Source of the DNA: Mobula hypostoma
Lineage: Eukaryota
DNA: 64,000 nt
Assembly (NCBI RefSeq): GCF_963921235.1
Contig: NC_086097.1
Coordinates: 205,904,001-205,968,000 of the forward strand
Direction of reading: 5' to 3'
Below are positions 36,323-48,555 of the stretch, one piece after another. Made by a program: the position numbers and the translations under genes. Below the pieces are notes generated by a model. That model was not told where the DNA came from. It saw nothing but the letters and a program-made list of their open reading frames with translations, and did no database searches. Numbering within the stretch: the first letter of the stretch is position 1; each line of letters begins with the position of its first letter.

Positions 36323-38736
36323 TTGGCACCTGATTAGTTTCAAGGGTTTAGATGGGGCAGAGTTTGTTAAGTGTGTCCAGGACGGATTCCTGTCACAGTA
36401 TGTGGACAGGCCGACTAGGGGGAATGCCATACTAGATCTAGTACTAGGTAATGAACCGGGTCTGGTCACAGATCTCCCAGTGGGTGAGCACCTAGGGGAC
36501 AGTGACCACCGTTCCCTGGCCTTTATAATTATCATGGAAAAGGATAGAATCAAAGAGGACACGAAAATTTTTTAATTGGGGAAAGGCAAATTATGAGGCT
36601 ATAAGGCTAGAACTTGCGGGTGTGAATTGGGATGATGTTTTTGCAGGGAAATGTACTATGGACATGTGGTCGATGTTTAGAGATCTCTTGCGGGATGTAA
36701 GGGATAAATTTGTCCCGGTGAGGGAGATAAAGAATGGTAGGGTGAAGGAACCATGGGTGACAAGTGAGGTGGAAAATCTAGTCAGGTGGAAGAAGGCAGC
36801 ATACATGAGGTTTAGGAAGCAAGGATCAGATGGGTCTATTGAGGAATATAGGGAAACAAGAAAGGAGCTTAAGAAGGGGCTGAGAAGAGCAAGAAGGGGG
36901 CATGAGAAGGCCTTGTCGAGTAGGATAAAGGAAAACCCCAAGGCATTCTTCAATTATGTGAAGAAAAAAAAGGATGACAGGAGTGAAGGTATGACCGATT
37001 AGAGATAAAGGTGGGAAGATGTGCCTGGAGGCTGTGGAAGTGAGCGAGGTCCTCAATGAATACTTCTCTTCAGTATTCACCAATGAGAGGGAACTTGATG
37101 ATGGTGAGGACAATATAAGTGAGGTTGATGTTCTGGAGCATGTTGATATTAAGGGACAGGAGGTGTTGGAGTTGTTAAAATACATTAGGACAGATAAGTC
37201 CCCGGGGCCCGACGGAATATTCCCCAGGCTGCTCCACGAGGCGAGAGAAAAGATTGCTGAGCCTCTGGCTAGGATCTTTATGTCCTCGTTGTCCATGGGA
37301 ATGGTACCGGAGGATTGGAGGGAGGCGAATGTTGTTCCCTTGTTGAAAAAAGTTAGTAGGGGTAGTCCGGGTAATTATAGACCAGTGAGCCTTACATCTG
37401 TGGTGGGAAAGCTGTTGGAAAAGATTCTTAGAGATAGGATCTGTAGGCATTTAGAGAATCATGGTCTGATCAGGGACAGTCAGCATAGCTTTGTGAAGGG
37501 CAGATCGTGTCTAACAAGCCTGATAGAGTCCTTTGAGGAGGTGACCAGGCATATAGATGAGGGTAGTGCAGTGGATGTGATCTATATGGATTTTAGTAAG
37601 GCATTTGACAAGGTTCCACATGGTAGGCTTATTCAGAAAGTAAGAAGGCATGGGATCCAGGGAAGTTTGGCCAGGTGGATTCAGAATTGGCTTGCCTGCA
37701 GAAGGCAGAGGTTGGTGGTGGAGGGAGTACATTCAGATTGGAGGATTGTGACTAGTGGTGTCCTACAAGGATCTGTTCTGGGACCTCTACTTTTCGTGAT
37801 TCTTATTAACGACCTGGATGTTGGGGTAGAAGGGTGGGTTGGCAAGTTTGCAGACGACACAAAGGTTGGTGATGTTGTAGATAGTGTAGAGGATTGTCAA
37901 AGATTGCAGAGAGACATTGATAGGATGCAGAAGTGGGCTGAGAAGTGGCAGATGGAGTTCAACCCGGAGAAGTGTGAGGTGGTACACTTCGGAAGGACAA
38001 ATTCCAAGGCAGAGTACAAAGTAAATGGCAGGATACTTGGTAGTGTGGAGGAGCAGAGGGATCTCGGGGTACATGTCCACAGATCCCTGAAAGTTGCCTC
38101 ACAGGTGGATAGAGTAGTTAAGAAAGCTTATGGGGTGTTAGCTTTCATAAGTTGAGGGATAGAGTTTAAGATCGCGATGTAATGATGCAGCTCTATAAAA
38201 CTCTGGTTAGGCCACACTTAGAGTACTGTGTCCAGTTCTGGTCAACTCACTATAGGAAGGACGTGGAAGCATTGGAAAGGGTACAGAGGAGATTTACCAG
38301 GATGCTGCCTGGTTTAGAAAGTATGCATTATGATCAGAGATTAAGGGAGCTAGGGCTTTACTCTATGGAGAGAAGGAGGATGAGAGGAGACATGATAGGA
38401 GTGTACAAGATAATAAGAGGAATAGATAGAGTGGATAGCCAGCGCCTCTTCTCCAGGGTACCACTGCTCAATACAAGAGGACATGGCCTTAAGGTAAGGG
38501 GTGGGAAGTTCAAGGGGGATAATGAGGAATGTTTTTTACTCAGAGTGGTTGGTGCGTGGAAAGCACTGCCTGAGTCAGTGGTGGAGGCAGATACACTAGT
38601 GAAGTTTAAGAGACTACGAGACAGGTATATGGAGGAATCTAAGGTGGGGGCTTATATGGGAGGCAGGGTTTGAGGGTCAGCACAACATTGTGGGCCGAAG
38701 GGCCTGTACTGTGCCGTACTATTCTATGTTCTATGT
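36310..38736 (+). mobile_element. Young CR1, ORF2 from mid-endonuclease to 3' tail, few lesions
   Basis: ORFs 36622-37002, 37019-38155 (full RT, FADDTK) and 38182-38673; tail attctatgttctatgtt. Confidence 0.95.
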
Positions 38737-40678
38737 TTCGTCACGACTCTTTGATGCATTCTCCTCTTAAGGTCCATGAACTTGCAAAAGGAGTTGCAGT
38801 AAAGCTTAGAGAATTTCAAAGCCCTTTCCAGTGAGTGACATCTTCAGACATCTATTCATTGATACTTGCAGAAGATCCATATCATTTTAAAGACTACATC
38901 AGGAAAGAAAAACCTCTTTCTCCCTCCTCGAGGTGGTAAAACTATGAGATGATACTACCACTCTAAATATGCTTTTCAAAACAATTCCCATTTGAAAATT
39001 GTGGCAGCCTAATCACATTGGCGAAACAAAATTTAGCAATGGAAACAGACTGTAAGCTATCATAAAATGATCTGCTGTTTCACAGTAAATTAAATTTTGC
39101 ATGGTGTTTTCTTCAAACAAAATTTAGTAAGGGTCTGGAAAAATAACCAGTGATGCATTTTCAAAAGCTTTTATCATGACATATTCTGAGCCTTTGCGGT
39201 TTCATGATTTAAAAATATACTGAACTGCCTCTGTTTCTCATCTTTCATTAATTAACAGGGTAGAAGGATTTTCAGCTTTGTATTAACTGTAACAACAAAA
39301 GCCAAATGTATGTTAATTCCACACTAATTTATTCTCCCCCGTACTGTTTCCCTCCATTTACTTTTCAGTAATGTATATTATTTCATTACAAAGCTTTCAA
39401 TGGCACTACTTTAAAACATTTCTAGCATTTAGCAAATTATTTACTTAACAAAATGACTCACCATCTTAATGAGGCATTATGGGTAGAACTTAGAACTAAG
39501 AAAGGTATTACCACGTTATTGGGGTTATATTACAGACCACCTAACAGTCCTAGGATTTTAAGAATTAAATTTGTAAATAAATCACAGACTGTTGTAAGAA
39601 ACAAGGTTGTTATAGTAGGTGATTTTAATTTACCACATATTGACTAGGAAACCCATACTGTAAGAGGACTAGATGGAATAGAGTTTAGTTGGGAGATTTT
39701 AATTTTCCACACATGGACTGGGAAGCACATTTTGTAAAAGAGCTGGATGGTTTGGAGTTTGTAAAAATGTGTGCAGGATCGTTTTTTGCAGCAATACATA
39801 GAGATACCAACAACAGAAGGGGCAATGTTGGATCTCCTGTTAGGGAATGAGATCGGTCAGGTGACGGAGGTATGTGTTGGGGAGCATTTCGGGTCCAGTG
39901 ATCACAATACCATTAGTTTCAATATAATTATGGAGAAGGATAGGACTGGACCCAGGGTTGAGATTTTTGATTGGAGAAAGTTTAACTTTGAGGAGATGTG
40001 AAAGGATTTAGGGACAATTTGTTTGATGGGAAGGATGTAATAGAGAAATGGAGGTCATTTAAAGGTGAAATTTTGAGGGTACAGAATCTTTATGTTCCTG
40101 TTAGGTTGAAAGGAAAGGATAAAAGTTTGAGAGAGCCATAGTTTTCAAGAGATATTGGAAACTTGGTTCAGAAAAAGAGAGATCTACAATAAATATAGGC
40201 AGCTTGGAGTAAATGAGGTGCTCGAGGAATATAAAGAATGTAAAAGGAATCTTAAGAATTAAATTAGAAAAGCTAAAAAAAGATATGATGTTGCTTTGGC
40301 AAGCAAGGTGAAAATAAATCCAAAGGGTTTCTATAGTTATATTAATAGCAAAAGGATAGTAAGGGATAAAATTGGTCCCTTAGAGAATTGGAGTGGACAA
40401 AAAAAAATCAGAGTGGACAGCTATGTGCAGAGCCAAAATAGATGGGGAAGATTCTGAACGATTTCTTTTCTTCTGTATTCACTAAGGAGAAGAGTATTGA
40501 ATTGTGTAAGGTGAGGGAAACAAGCAGGGTAGTTATGGAAACTATGATGATTATAGAAGAGGAAGTACTGGTGCTTTTAAGAAATATACAAGTGGATAAG
40601 TCTCCGGGTCCTGACAGGATATTCCCTAGGACCTTGAGGGAAGTTAGTGTGGAAGTAGCAGGGGCTCTGACAGAAATT

Positions 40679-42270
40679 CAGGTGTCCCCTGCTTTTCGAA
40701 CGTTCGCTTTACGAAACCTCACTGTTACGAAAGACCTACATTAGTACCCTGCTTTCACTTTCAGAAGGTGTTTTCACTATTATGAAAAAAATTCAGCACA
40801 CGATAAAAAAATTCAGCGCGCGAGAAAAATCAGCGCGTGCCCTGAGCAGACGCTCTCCCCGGATTCGGAACGGGATTCTCGACAGCATTGCTTTAACCTG
40901 AGCCTGTGAGCAGTCGTTTGCAAGATGAGTTCTATGGTGTCAGAAAAGCCTGAAAGAGCTCGTAAGGGTGTTACACTTAGCGTAAAACTAGACATAATTA
41001 AGCGTTTCGATCATGGTGAACGAAGCAAGGACAAAGTGAGTTTGGCTTGTGGAAGCTGACGAAGGTGATGTTAAAGAGGTTTTGGCATCCTACGACCAAG
41101 AACTGATAGATGAATAGCTGATGCAATTGGAAGAGGAAAGGATAACAATCGAAACCAAATGAGTAATGATAAAGTATGACTTTAATTTTGAAAGGGTACG
41201 TAGGTTTAGGGGATATTTGCAAGATTCTTTGAGCCCTTAGAAAGAACTGTATGATAGAAAAATGCGCGAAGCTCAGCAGCCAAGCAAGCCTTCCACATCA
41301 GCCACAGCAGACGACGAACCTCGATCTTCGACATCGAGGCAGTCAGTCATAGGAGAAGATGAGCTGCCCGCTCTAATGGAAACAGACGACAAGATGACAC
41401 CCCCATGTCCCACCACCCCAACACCCAGGCCGCGGACAGATACCGATTTGCGGAGAATGCAGCAGTAGCCGGGAGGCACACAGCACATCTTTAAGAAAAA
41501 AGCCGAAATAAACATGCTAATTAATTAGGAGCCGCCCCACACGTAATTTTCGGCCCAGATCAGAGGAGAGGCAACCAGCAGTCGGCACTGATCTGAGCCG
41601 ACAACTACGTGTCGGGCAGCACGTAAGTAATTATCATGTTTATTTCGTCTTTTTTCTTAAAGATGTACTGTGTGCCTCCCAGCTACCGCTGCGTGCTTCG
41701 CGGCAATGTATCGGTTGGTGGCCCGGAGGGTAGGGGCCACAGCACCAGCCAACCTGCAACGACTCAGCCTAACACACCATCATCAGTGTGCTCTGCACTG
41801 TCTTCCCGATTCTGGTAAGTGATACTACACTGTACATTCATTATTTCTACTTTATATCAGCTGTGTATTTTTACGTGTTATTTGGTATGATTTGGCAGCT
41901 TCATAGCTTAAAGATTACTGGAGAGCGCTTGCGCCATGTTTTTGTCAACAGCGCTTGCATAAGATTTTCTGCCGACAGCGCTTGCGTGAGATTTTCACTA
42001 TGAAGAACAGTTCAGTAATGATTGTGGAAAAGTATTTCTACTTTATATAGGCTGTGTATTTATCATATCATTCCTGCTTTTACTATATGTTACTGTTATT
42101 TTAGGTTTAATGTGTTATTTGGCATGATTTGGTAGATTATATTTGGGTCTGCGAACGCTCACAAAATTTTCCCATATAAATAAATGGTAATTGCTTCTTC
42201 GCTTTATGACATTCCGGCTTATGAACCATTTCATAGGAATGCTCTACCTTCGGATGGCGGAGGAAACCTG
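40679..42270 (+). mobile_element. Non-autonomous Tigger/pogo DNA transposon
   Basis: Imperfect TIRs caggtgtcccc.../...ggaggaaacctg at a TA site (right TA 42271-42272, left mutated to TT) within CR1 gaaa-TA-tttcaaatg. Transposase remnants MVSEKPERARKGVTLSVKLDIIKRFDHGE (CENP-B-type HTH) and C-terminal DVKEVLASYDQELIDE; DDE core deleted. Confidence 0.85.
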
Positions 42271-42278
42271 TATTTCAA

Positions 42279-43655
42279 ATGCCATTAGAAACAGGGATGG
42301 TGCCAGAGGATTGGCATACTGCTCATGTGGTTCCATTGTTTAAAAAGGGTTCTAAGAGTAAACTTAGCAATTATCGGCCTGTAAATTTGACATCAGTGGT
42401 GGGTAAATTAATGGAAAGTATTCTTAGAGATGGTATATATAATTATCTGGATAGACAGGGTCTGATTAGGAACAGTCAACATGGATTTGTGCATGGAAGG
42501 TCATGTTTGACAAATCTTATTAAGTTTTTTGAAGAGGTTACTAGGAAAATTGACGAGGGTAAAGCGTTGGATGTTGTCTATATGGACTTCAGTAAGGCCT
42601 TTGACAAGGATCCACATGGAAGGTTAGTTAGGAAGGTTCAATCATTAGGCATTAATATTGAAGTAGTAAAATGGGTTCAACAGTGGCTAGATGGGAGACG
42701 CCAGAGAGTAGTGGTGGATAACTGTGTGTCAGATTGGAGGACTGTGTGTAGTGGTGTGCCTCAGGGGTCTGTACTGGGTCCAATGTTGTTTGTCATATAC
42801 ATTAATGATCTGGATGATGGGGTGGTAAATTGGATTAGTAAGTATGCAGATGATACTAAGATAGGTGGAGTTGTGGATAATGAAGTAGGTTTTCAAAGCT
42901 TGCAGAGAGATTTAAGCCAGTTAGAAGAGTGGGCTGAAATATGGCAGATGGAGTTTAATGCTGATAAGTGTGAGGTGCTACATTTTGGTAGGACTAATCA
43001 AAATAGGACATACATGGTAAATGTTAAGGCTTTGAGGAATGCAGTCGAACAGAGTGATCTAGGAAAAATGGTGCATAGTTCCCTGAAGGTGGAATCTCAT
43101 GAGGATAGAGTGGTGAAGAAAGCTTTTGGTATGCTGGCCTTTATAAATCAGAGCATTGACTATAGGAGTTGGGATGTAATGTTAAAATTGTACAAGGCAT
43201 TGATGAGGCCATATTTGGAGTACCGTGTACAGTTCTGGTCACCGAATTATAGGAAAGATGTCAACAAAATTGAAAGAGTACAGAGAAGATTTACTAAAAT
43301 GTTACCTGGGTTTCATCTCCTAAGTTACAGAGAAAGGTTGAACAAGTTGGGTCTTTATTCTTTGGAGCGTAGAAGGTTGAGGGGGGGCTTGATAGAGGTA
43401 TTTAGAATTATGAGGGGGATAGATAGAATTGACGTGGATAGGCTTTTTCCATTGAGAGTAGGGGAGATTCAAACAAGAGGACATGGGTTGAGAGTTAAGG
43501 GGCAAAAGTTTAAGGGTAACATGAGGGGGAACTTCTTTACTCAGAGAGTGGTAGCTGTGTGGAACGAGCTTCCAGTAGAAGTGGTAGAGGCTGGTTTAAA
43601 AAAAAAAAATTGGACAGGTATATGGACAGGAAAGGAATGGAGGGTTATGGGCTGA
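42279..43655 (+). CDS. CR1 ORF2 RT and C-terminus (458 aa uninterrupted; N-terminus cut off by Tigger)
   Basis: NYRPVNLTS, YMDFSKAFD, GVPQGSVLGP, YADDTK, LEYRVQFWSP. Confidence 0.85.
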   Translation: MPLETGMVPEDWHTAHVVPLFKKGSKSKLSNYRPVNLTSVVGKLMESILRDGIYNYLDRQGLIRNSQHGFVHGRSCLTNLIKFFEEVTRKIDEGKALDVVYMDFSKAFDKDPHGRLVRKVQSLGINIEVVKWVQQWLDGRRQRVVVDNCVSDWRTVCSGVPQGSVLGPMLFVIYINDLDDGVVNWISKYADDTKIGGVVDNEVGFQSLQRDLSQLEEWAEIWQMEFNADKCEVLHFGRTNQNRTYMVNVKALRNAVEQSDLGKMVHSSLKVESHEDRVVKKAFGMLAFINQSIDYRSWDVMLKLYKALMRPYLEYRVQFWSPNYRKDVNKIERVQRRFTKMLPGFHLLSYRERLNKLGLYSLERRRLRGGLIEVFRIMRGIDRIDVDRLFPLRVGEIQTRGHGLRVKGQKFKGNMRGNFFTQRVVAVWNELPVEVVEAGLKKKNWTGIWTGKEWRVMG

Positions 43656-43673
43656 GTGCAGGTAGATGGGACT

Positions 43674-44991
43674 GTAGAAACCATAGAAACTACAGCACAG
43701 AAACAGGCCTTTTGGCCCTTCTTGGCTGTGCCAAACCATTTTCTGCCTAGTCCCACTGACCTGCACATGGACCATATCCCTCCATACACTTCCCATCCAT
43801 GTATCTGTCCAATTTATTCTTAAATGTTAAAAAAGAACCCGCATTTACCGCCTCGTCTGGCAGCTCATTCCATACTCCCACCACTCTCTGTGTGAAGAAG
43901 CCCCCCCCAACGTTCCCTTTAAGCTTTTCCCCCCTCACCATAAACCCATGTCCTCTGGTTTATTTCTCCCCTTGCCTCAGTGGAAAAAGCCTGCTTGCAT
44001 TTACTCTATCTACACCCATTATAATTTTATATACCTCTATCAAATCTCCCCTCATTCTTCTACGCTCCAGGGAATAAAGTCCCAACCTATTCAACCTTTC
44101 TCTGTAACTGAGTTTCTCAAGTCCCGGCAACATCCTTGTAAACCTTCTCTGCACTCTTTCAACCTTATTTATATCCTTCCTGTAATTTGGTGACCAAAAC
44201 TGAACACAATACTCCAGATTCGTCCTCACAAATGCCTTATACAACCTCATCATAACGTAGAGGGAACACCATCAGGTCCTGGGGATTTATCCACTTTACT
44301 TTTCCTCAAGACAGCAAGGACCTCCTCCTTTTCGATCTGTTCAGTTTCCATGATCTCACTACTTGTTTCCCTTAATTCCACAGACTTCATGCCAGTTCCC
44401 TTAGTAAACATAGATGCAAAAAACCTATTTAAGATCTCCCCCATTTCCTTTGGTTCCGCACATAGCCGACCATTCTGATGTTCAAGAGGACCAATTTTAT
44501 CCCTTACAATCCTTTTGCTCTTAATATACCTATAAAAGCTCTTTGGATTATCCTTCACTTTGACTGCCAAGGCAACCTCATGTCTTCTTTTAGCCCTCCT
44601 GATTTCTTTCTTAAGTATTTTCTTGCACTTCTTATACTCCTCAAGCACCTTATTTACTCCCTGCTTCCTATACACGTCATACAACTCCCTCTTCTTCTTT
44701 ATCAGAGTTGCAATATCCCTTGAGAACCAAGGTTCCTTATTCCTATTCACCTTGCCTTTAATCCTGACAGGAACATACAAATTCTGCACTCTCAAAATTT
44801 CTGCTTTGAAGGCTTCCCACCTACCGATCACATCCATGCCAGAGAACAACCTGTCCCAATCCACGCTTTTTAGATCCTTTCTCATTTCTTCAAATTTGGC
44901 CTTCTTCCAGTTAAGAACCTCAACCCTAGGACCAGATCTATCTTTATCCATTATCAAGTTGAAACTAATCATGGACAAGGATAGATCTGGT
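43674..44991 (-). mobile_element. Antisense CR1 with the RT core deleted
   Basis: ORF 44250-44978 ends KSPGPDGV and abuts MMRLYKAFVR (ORF 43960-44253); 3' tail (tttctatgg)n. Confidence 0.9.
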
Positions 44992-46379
44992 GAGAGTTGA
45001 TTATGAGACTAGGTGAGAGTAAGCGTTCAGCACGGACTAAAAGGGCCGAGATGGCCTATTTCCGTGCTGTAATTGCTATATGGTTATATGGTTTATCAAA
45101 TGTATTCAAGAAAGTTTCCTTCATCAACATCCCAATGGGAGAGATGAGATACCTGATCCACTATTAGGGAATAAGACAAGGCGGGTGACAGAAGTTTGTG
45201 CAGGGGAACACTTTGCATCCAGTGAATCCAATGGCATCCACAATGCCATTAGTTTCAAAGTAAATATGCAAAAATCTTTAATATCACTGGCATATGTCGT
45301 GAAATTTGTTAACTTTGTAGCAGCAATACAATGCAATATTTGATAATCGAGAGAGAACAGAAAACTTTGAAATACAGTAAGTACAAATGTATATCTGTAG
45401 AGTTAAATCAAATTAGTGCCAAAAATAGGAAATTTAAAAAAGTGAGCTAGTGTTCATGGCTGCAATTTCCATTAAGAATAGGGTGATAACTATGAATAAA
45501 AAGGTACATTGTACAGGGGCTTGCAGTTCCCAGAGGTTCCACCTGACTTCTCAAGGAGTGAACATGTTGCTCCTCCCTCCAACTACTGATGTAGGCGGGA
45601 AACACAGCAGTAGGCAGGACTGAGAACGGAATAAAGTTACGGGAACAGAAGTCAGTGAACATAAAGGGCAGTGAAGGAGGCAAGAAATACTCTGAGCAGA
45701 AAGTCTGCAGCTCTGTGCCATCTGGCATTACCTCTAACAGAATAAAGGGTAAATGATATGTCTCAGGGGTCACAAATACTTCAAATTAATAGTCTTGTAG
45801 CCTCCTCCGTAAAGGCTGCTGACCCTGTCATAATGATGACCAGAGGGTACCTCAGTCATTTTAATTCTCTCTGCTCCCTGAACAGCCAGATTCAGCCAGA
45901 TCATCACACCAACTCACTTGAGTTTACTCGGTTCTCTAGGATGGGATGAGCCAGTGTGTCTAGAATGAAAGTTGATTATGAGGCTCATGTGATGTTGAAT
46001 TTGAATGTGTGAATTAATAGACTCACTTGTCTTAATGCATTTAATTTGTTAGTTGTAGATCAGCTCCTCTGAATCTCTCCTGTGAATCAAAAGTTGTAAT
46101 AATGATAAGGAAAATGTTGAAAGTAGTAATGGACGTTTGGGCTTTACTCAACACCTTTCTTTTGTCATCCACTGACCTTTCATTTAGTCTGCTATACTCT
46201 TTTGGACCTGGTTGGCCTGCACATTTTAATGCAAGACCTTTATAAACTCCAACACAAAGAATCTCGGGCAAGAACATACTTCTTCCCCAATTCCCTCTAG
46301 GGTTGTTTCATTCTCTCTTCCTCTTCCCTCTTCCTTCATTTCCATTGGACCAGTTGATTATAAAGTGCAGGTTAGAATA

Positions 46380-46625
46380 GACACAAGGGATGATGCAGAT
46401 ACTGGATATTCAGAGTAATCCAAACGCAAAATGATGGAGGATCTCAGTAGTTCAGCAGTAGCTATAGAGAGGGATAAAGAGTTGATGCTTTGGGCCAAGA
46501 CACTTCATTAGGACTGAAGGGTCTAGGCCTGAAACCTGAAAATCAAAAGCAACAGAAAGAAGTTATGGTTTGATACCCTGCCTGGTGATTTAGTGTGTGT
46601 TGCACAGCATTTCGTGTGTGCTTCA
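46380..46625. mobile_element. Penelope-derived non-autonomous element (decayed)
   Basis: Homologous to 4542-4714; two oppositely oriented hammerhead-like cores at 46478-46535. Confidence 0.6.
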
Positions 46626-48555
46626 GCTTCTTATAGCTATTTCCTTAGAATTCATACATGCTGTATTTTAGTGGGGGGTTTTTTGGTTTCTTTGGTAAGA
46701 CACTGAATGAAGGACTGGCTTGCCAACAAAGGGAGTCGCTTTCACCTCCACTCTTGTGCATGTATAAACAGAAGTTATTACGCAAAATTATAAAAGATAG
46801 ATCTCATCCATGGATTGAGATTCTAAGTTGCAGAAAGGCCAATTTTGATAGTATCAGAAATGACCTGGCAAGTCTGAATTGGGACAGGCTGATTTTCTGA
46901 TAAAGCTGTACTTGGAACGTGAGACTACAAGGTTTGCATGTGCCTGTCAGAATAAAAGGTAAAAATAACAAGTGTAGGGAAACTTAGTTTTCAAGAGATA
47001 TTGAGGCCCTGGTTAAGAGAAAAACAAAGGATGTGCATAACAGGTATTGGCAAGTAGGAACAAATGAGGTGCTTATGGAGTACAAGAAATGCAAGATAGC
47101 CCTGAAGATAAAAATCAGGAAGGTTAAAAGAAAGCAGGAAGTTGCTCTAACAGACAACGTGAAGGGGAATCCTAAGGGATTCTACAGATACGTTAAGACA
47201 AAATGGATTGCAAGGGACAAAATTGATCCTCTTGAAGAACAGAATGGTAATCAATGTGTGGAGCCAAACCAGATGGGGGAGATCTAAAATGCATTCTTTG
47301 CATCCTTATTTACTCAGGAGATAGATACCGAGTCTATAAAAGTAAGGCAAACCAGGATAAACTTCATGGACTCTATAAAGATTACAGAGAAGGTGTTTGC
47401 TACCCAGAGGCAAATTAGTGTGGATAAATCCCCAAGGCCTGACAAATGGCATTCCTTCAGATCCTATGGAAGGCAGGTGCAGAAACTGCCAGGACCACAG
47501 CAGAGATATTTAAAACTTCCTCAGCAAGAGGAAAGGTACCAGAGAACTGGAGGATACCTAATGTTATTCTGCTGTTTAAAAAGGCTCTAAACAGAAACCA
47601 GGAAATTACAGGCCAGTGAGTCTGACATCCGTTCTGGGAAAGTTATCAGAAGATATTCTAAGGGAACAGATATGTAAGTATTTGGAAAGACATAGACTGA
47701 TTAAGTATAGTCAGCATTGCTTTGTGCATGGTAGGTCATGTCTAAACAATCTCCTTGAGTTTTTCAAGGAAGTTACCAAGAAATTTGATGAGGCAAGGCA
47801 AGGGTGTTGTCTACATGGACAAGGCATGTGACAAAGTCCTGCACTGGAAGCTGTTCAAGAAGGTTCAGTCACTCAACATTTAGGATGAGGTAGCAAATTG
47901 GATTAAACATTGGCTTGTGGGAGAAGCCAGGGAGTGGTAGTAGATGGTTGCCTCTCTGATTGGAGGCCTGTGGCTACTGGTGTGCTGCAGAATCAGTGCT
48001 GGGTCCGTTGTTGTTTGTCATCTATATCAATGATTTGGATGATAACGTGGTTAACTGGATCAGCAAAGTTGTAGATGACGCCAAGATTGGGGGGGTACTG
48101 GACAGTGGGGGAAATTAACATGGCTTGCAGAGGGATCTGCATCAGCTGGAAAAATGGCAGATGGAATTTGATGTAGACAAGTGCAAAGTTTGCACTTTGG
48201 AAAGACCAGACAGGGATGGTCTTACACAGTAGGGCACTGAAGAGTGTGGTAGAATAAAGGGATCTGGGAATACAGATCCATATTTCATTGAAGGTGTGTC
48301 ACAGGTTGTAGAGTCATAAGGAAGCTTTTGGCACATTGGCCTTCATAAATCAATGAACTGAAGACAGAAGATGGGATGTTATGTTGAAGTTGTACAAGAT
48401 GTAGGTGAAGCCTAACTTAAGACCAAAGACCATAAGACAAATTGGAGTACTTTGTGTAGTCTTAGTCACCTACCTACAGGAAAGATGTAAACAAGGCTGA
48501 AAGAGTGTAGAGAAAATTTACAAGCATGTTGCCAGGTCTGGAGGACCTGAGTTAT

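Larger units (their letters stand above)
39688..45090 (+). mobile_element. Younger CR1 inserted in the old CR1, itself split by Tigger and an antisense CR1
   Basis: TSD GTTTA at 39683-39687 and 45091-45095; the 3'UTR breaks at ~43673 and resumes at ~45006; tail (tatatggt)n. Confidence 0.85.
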
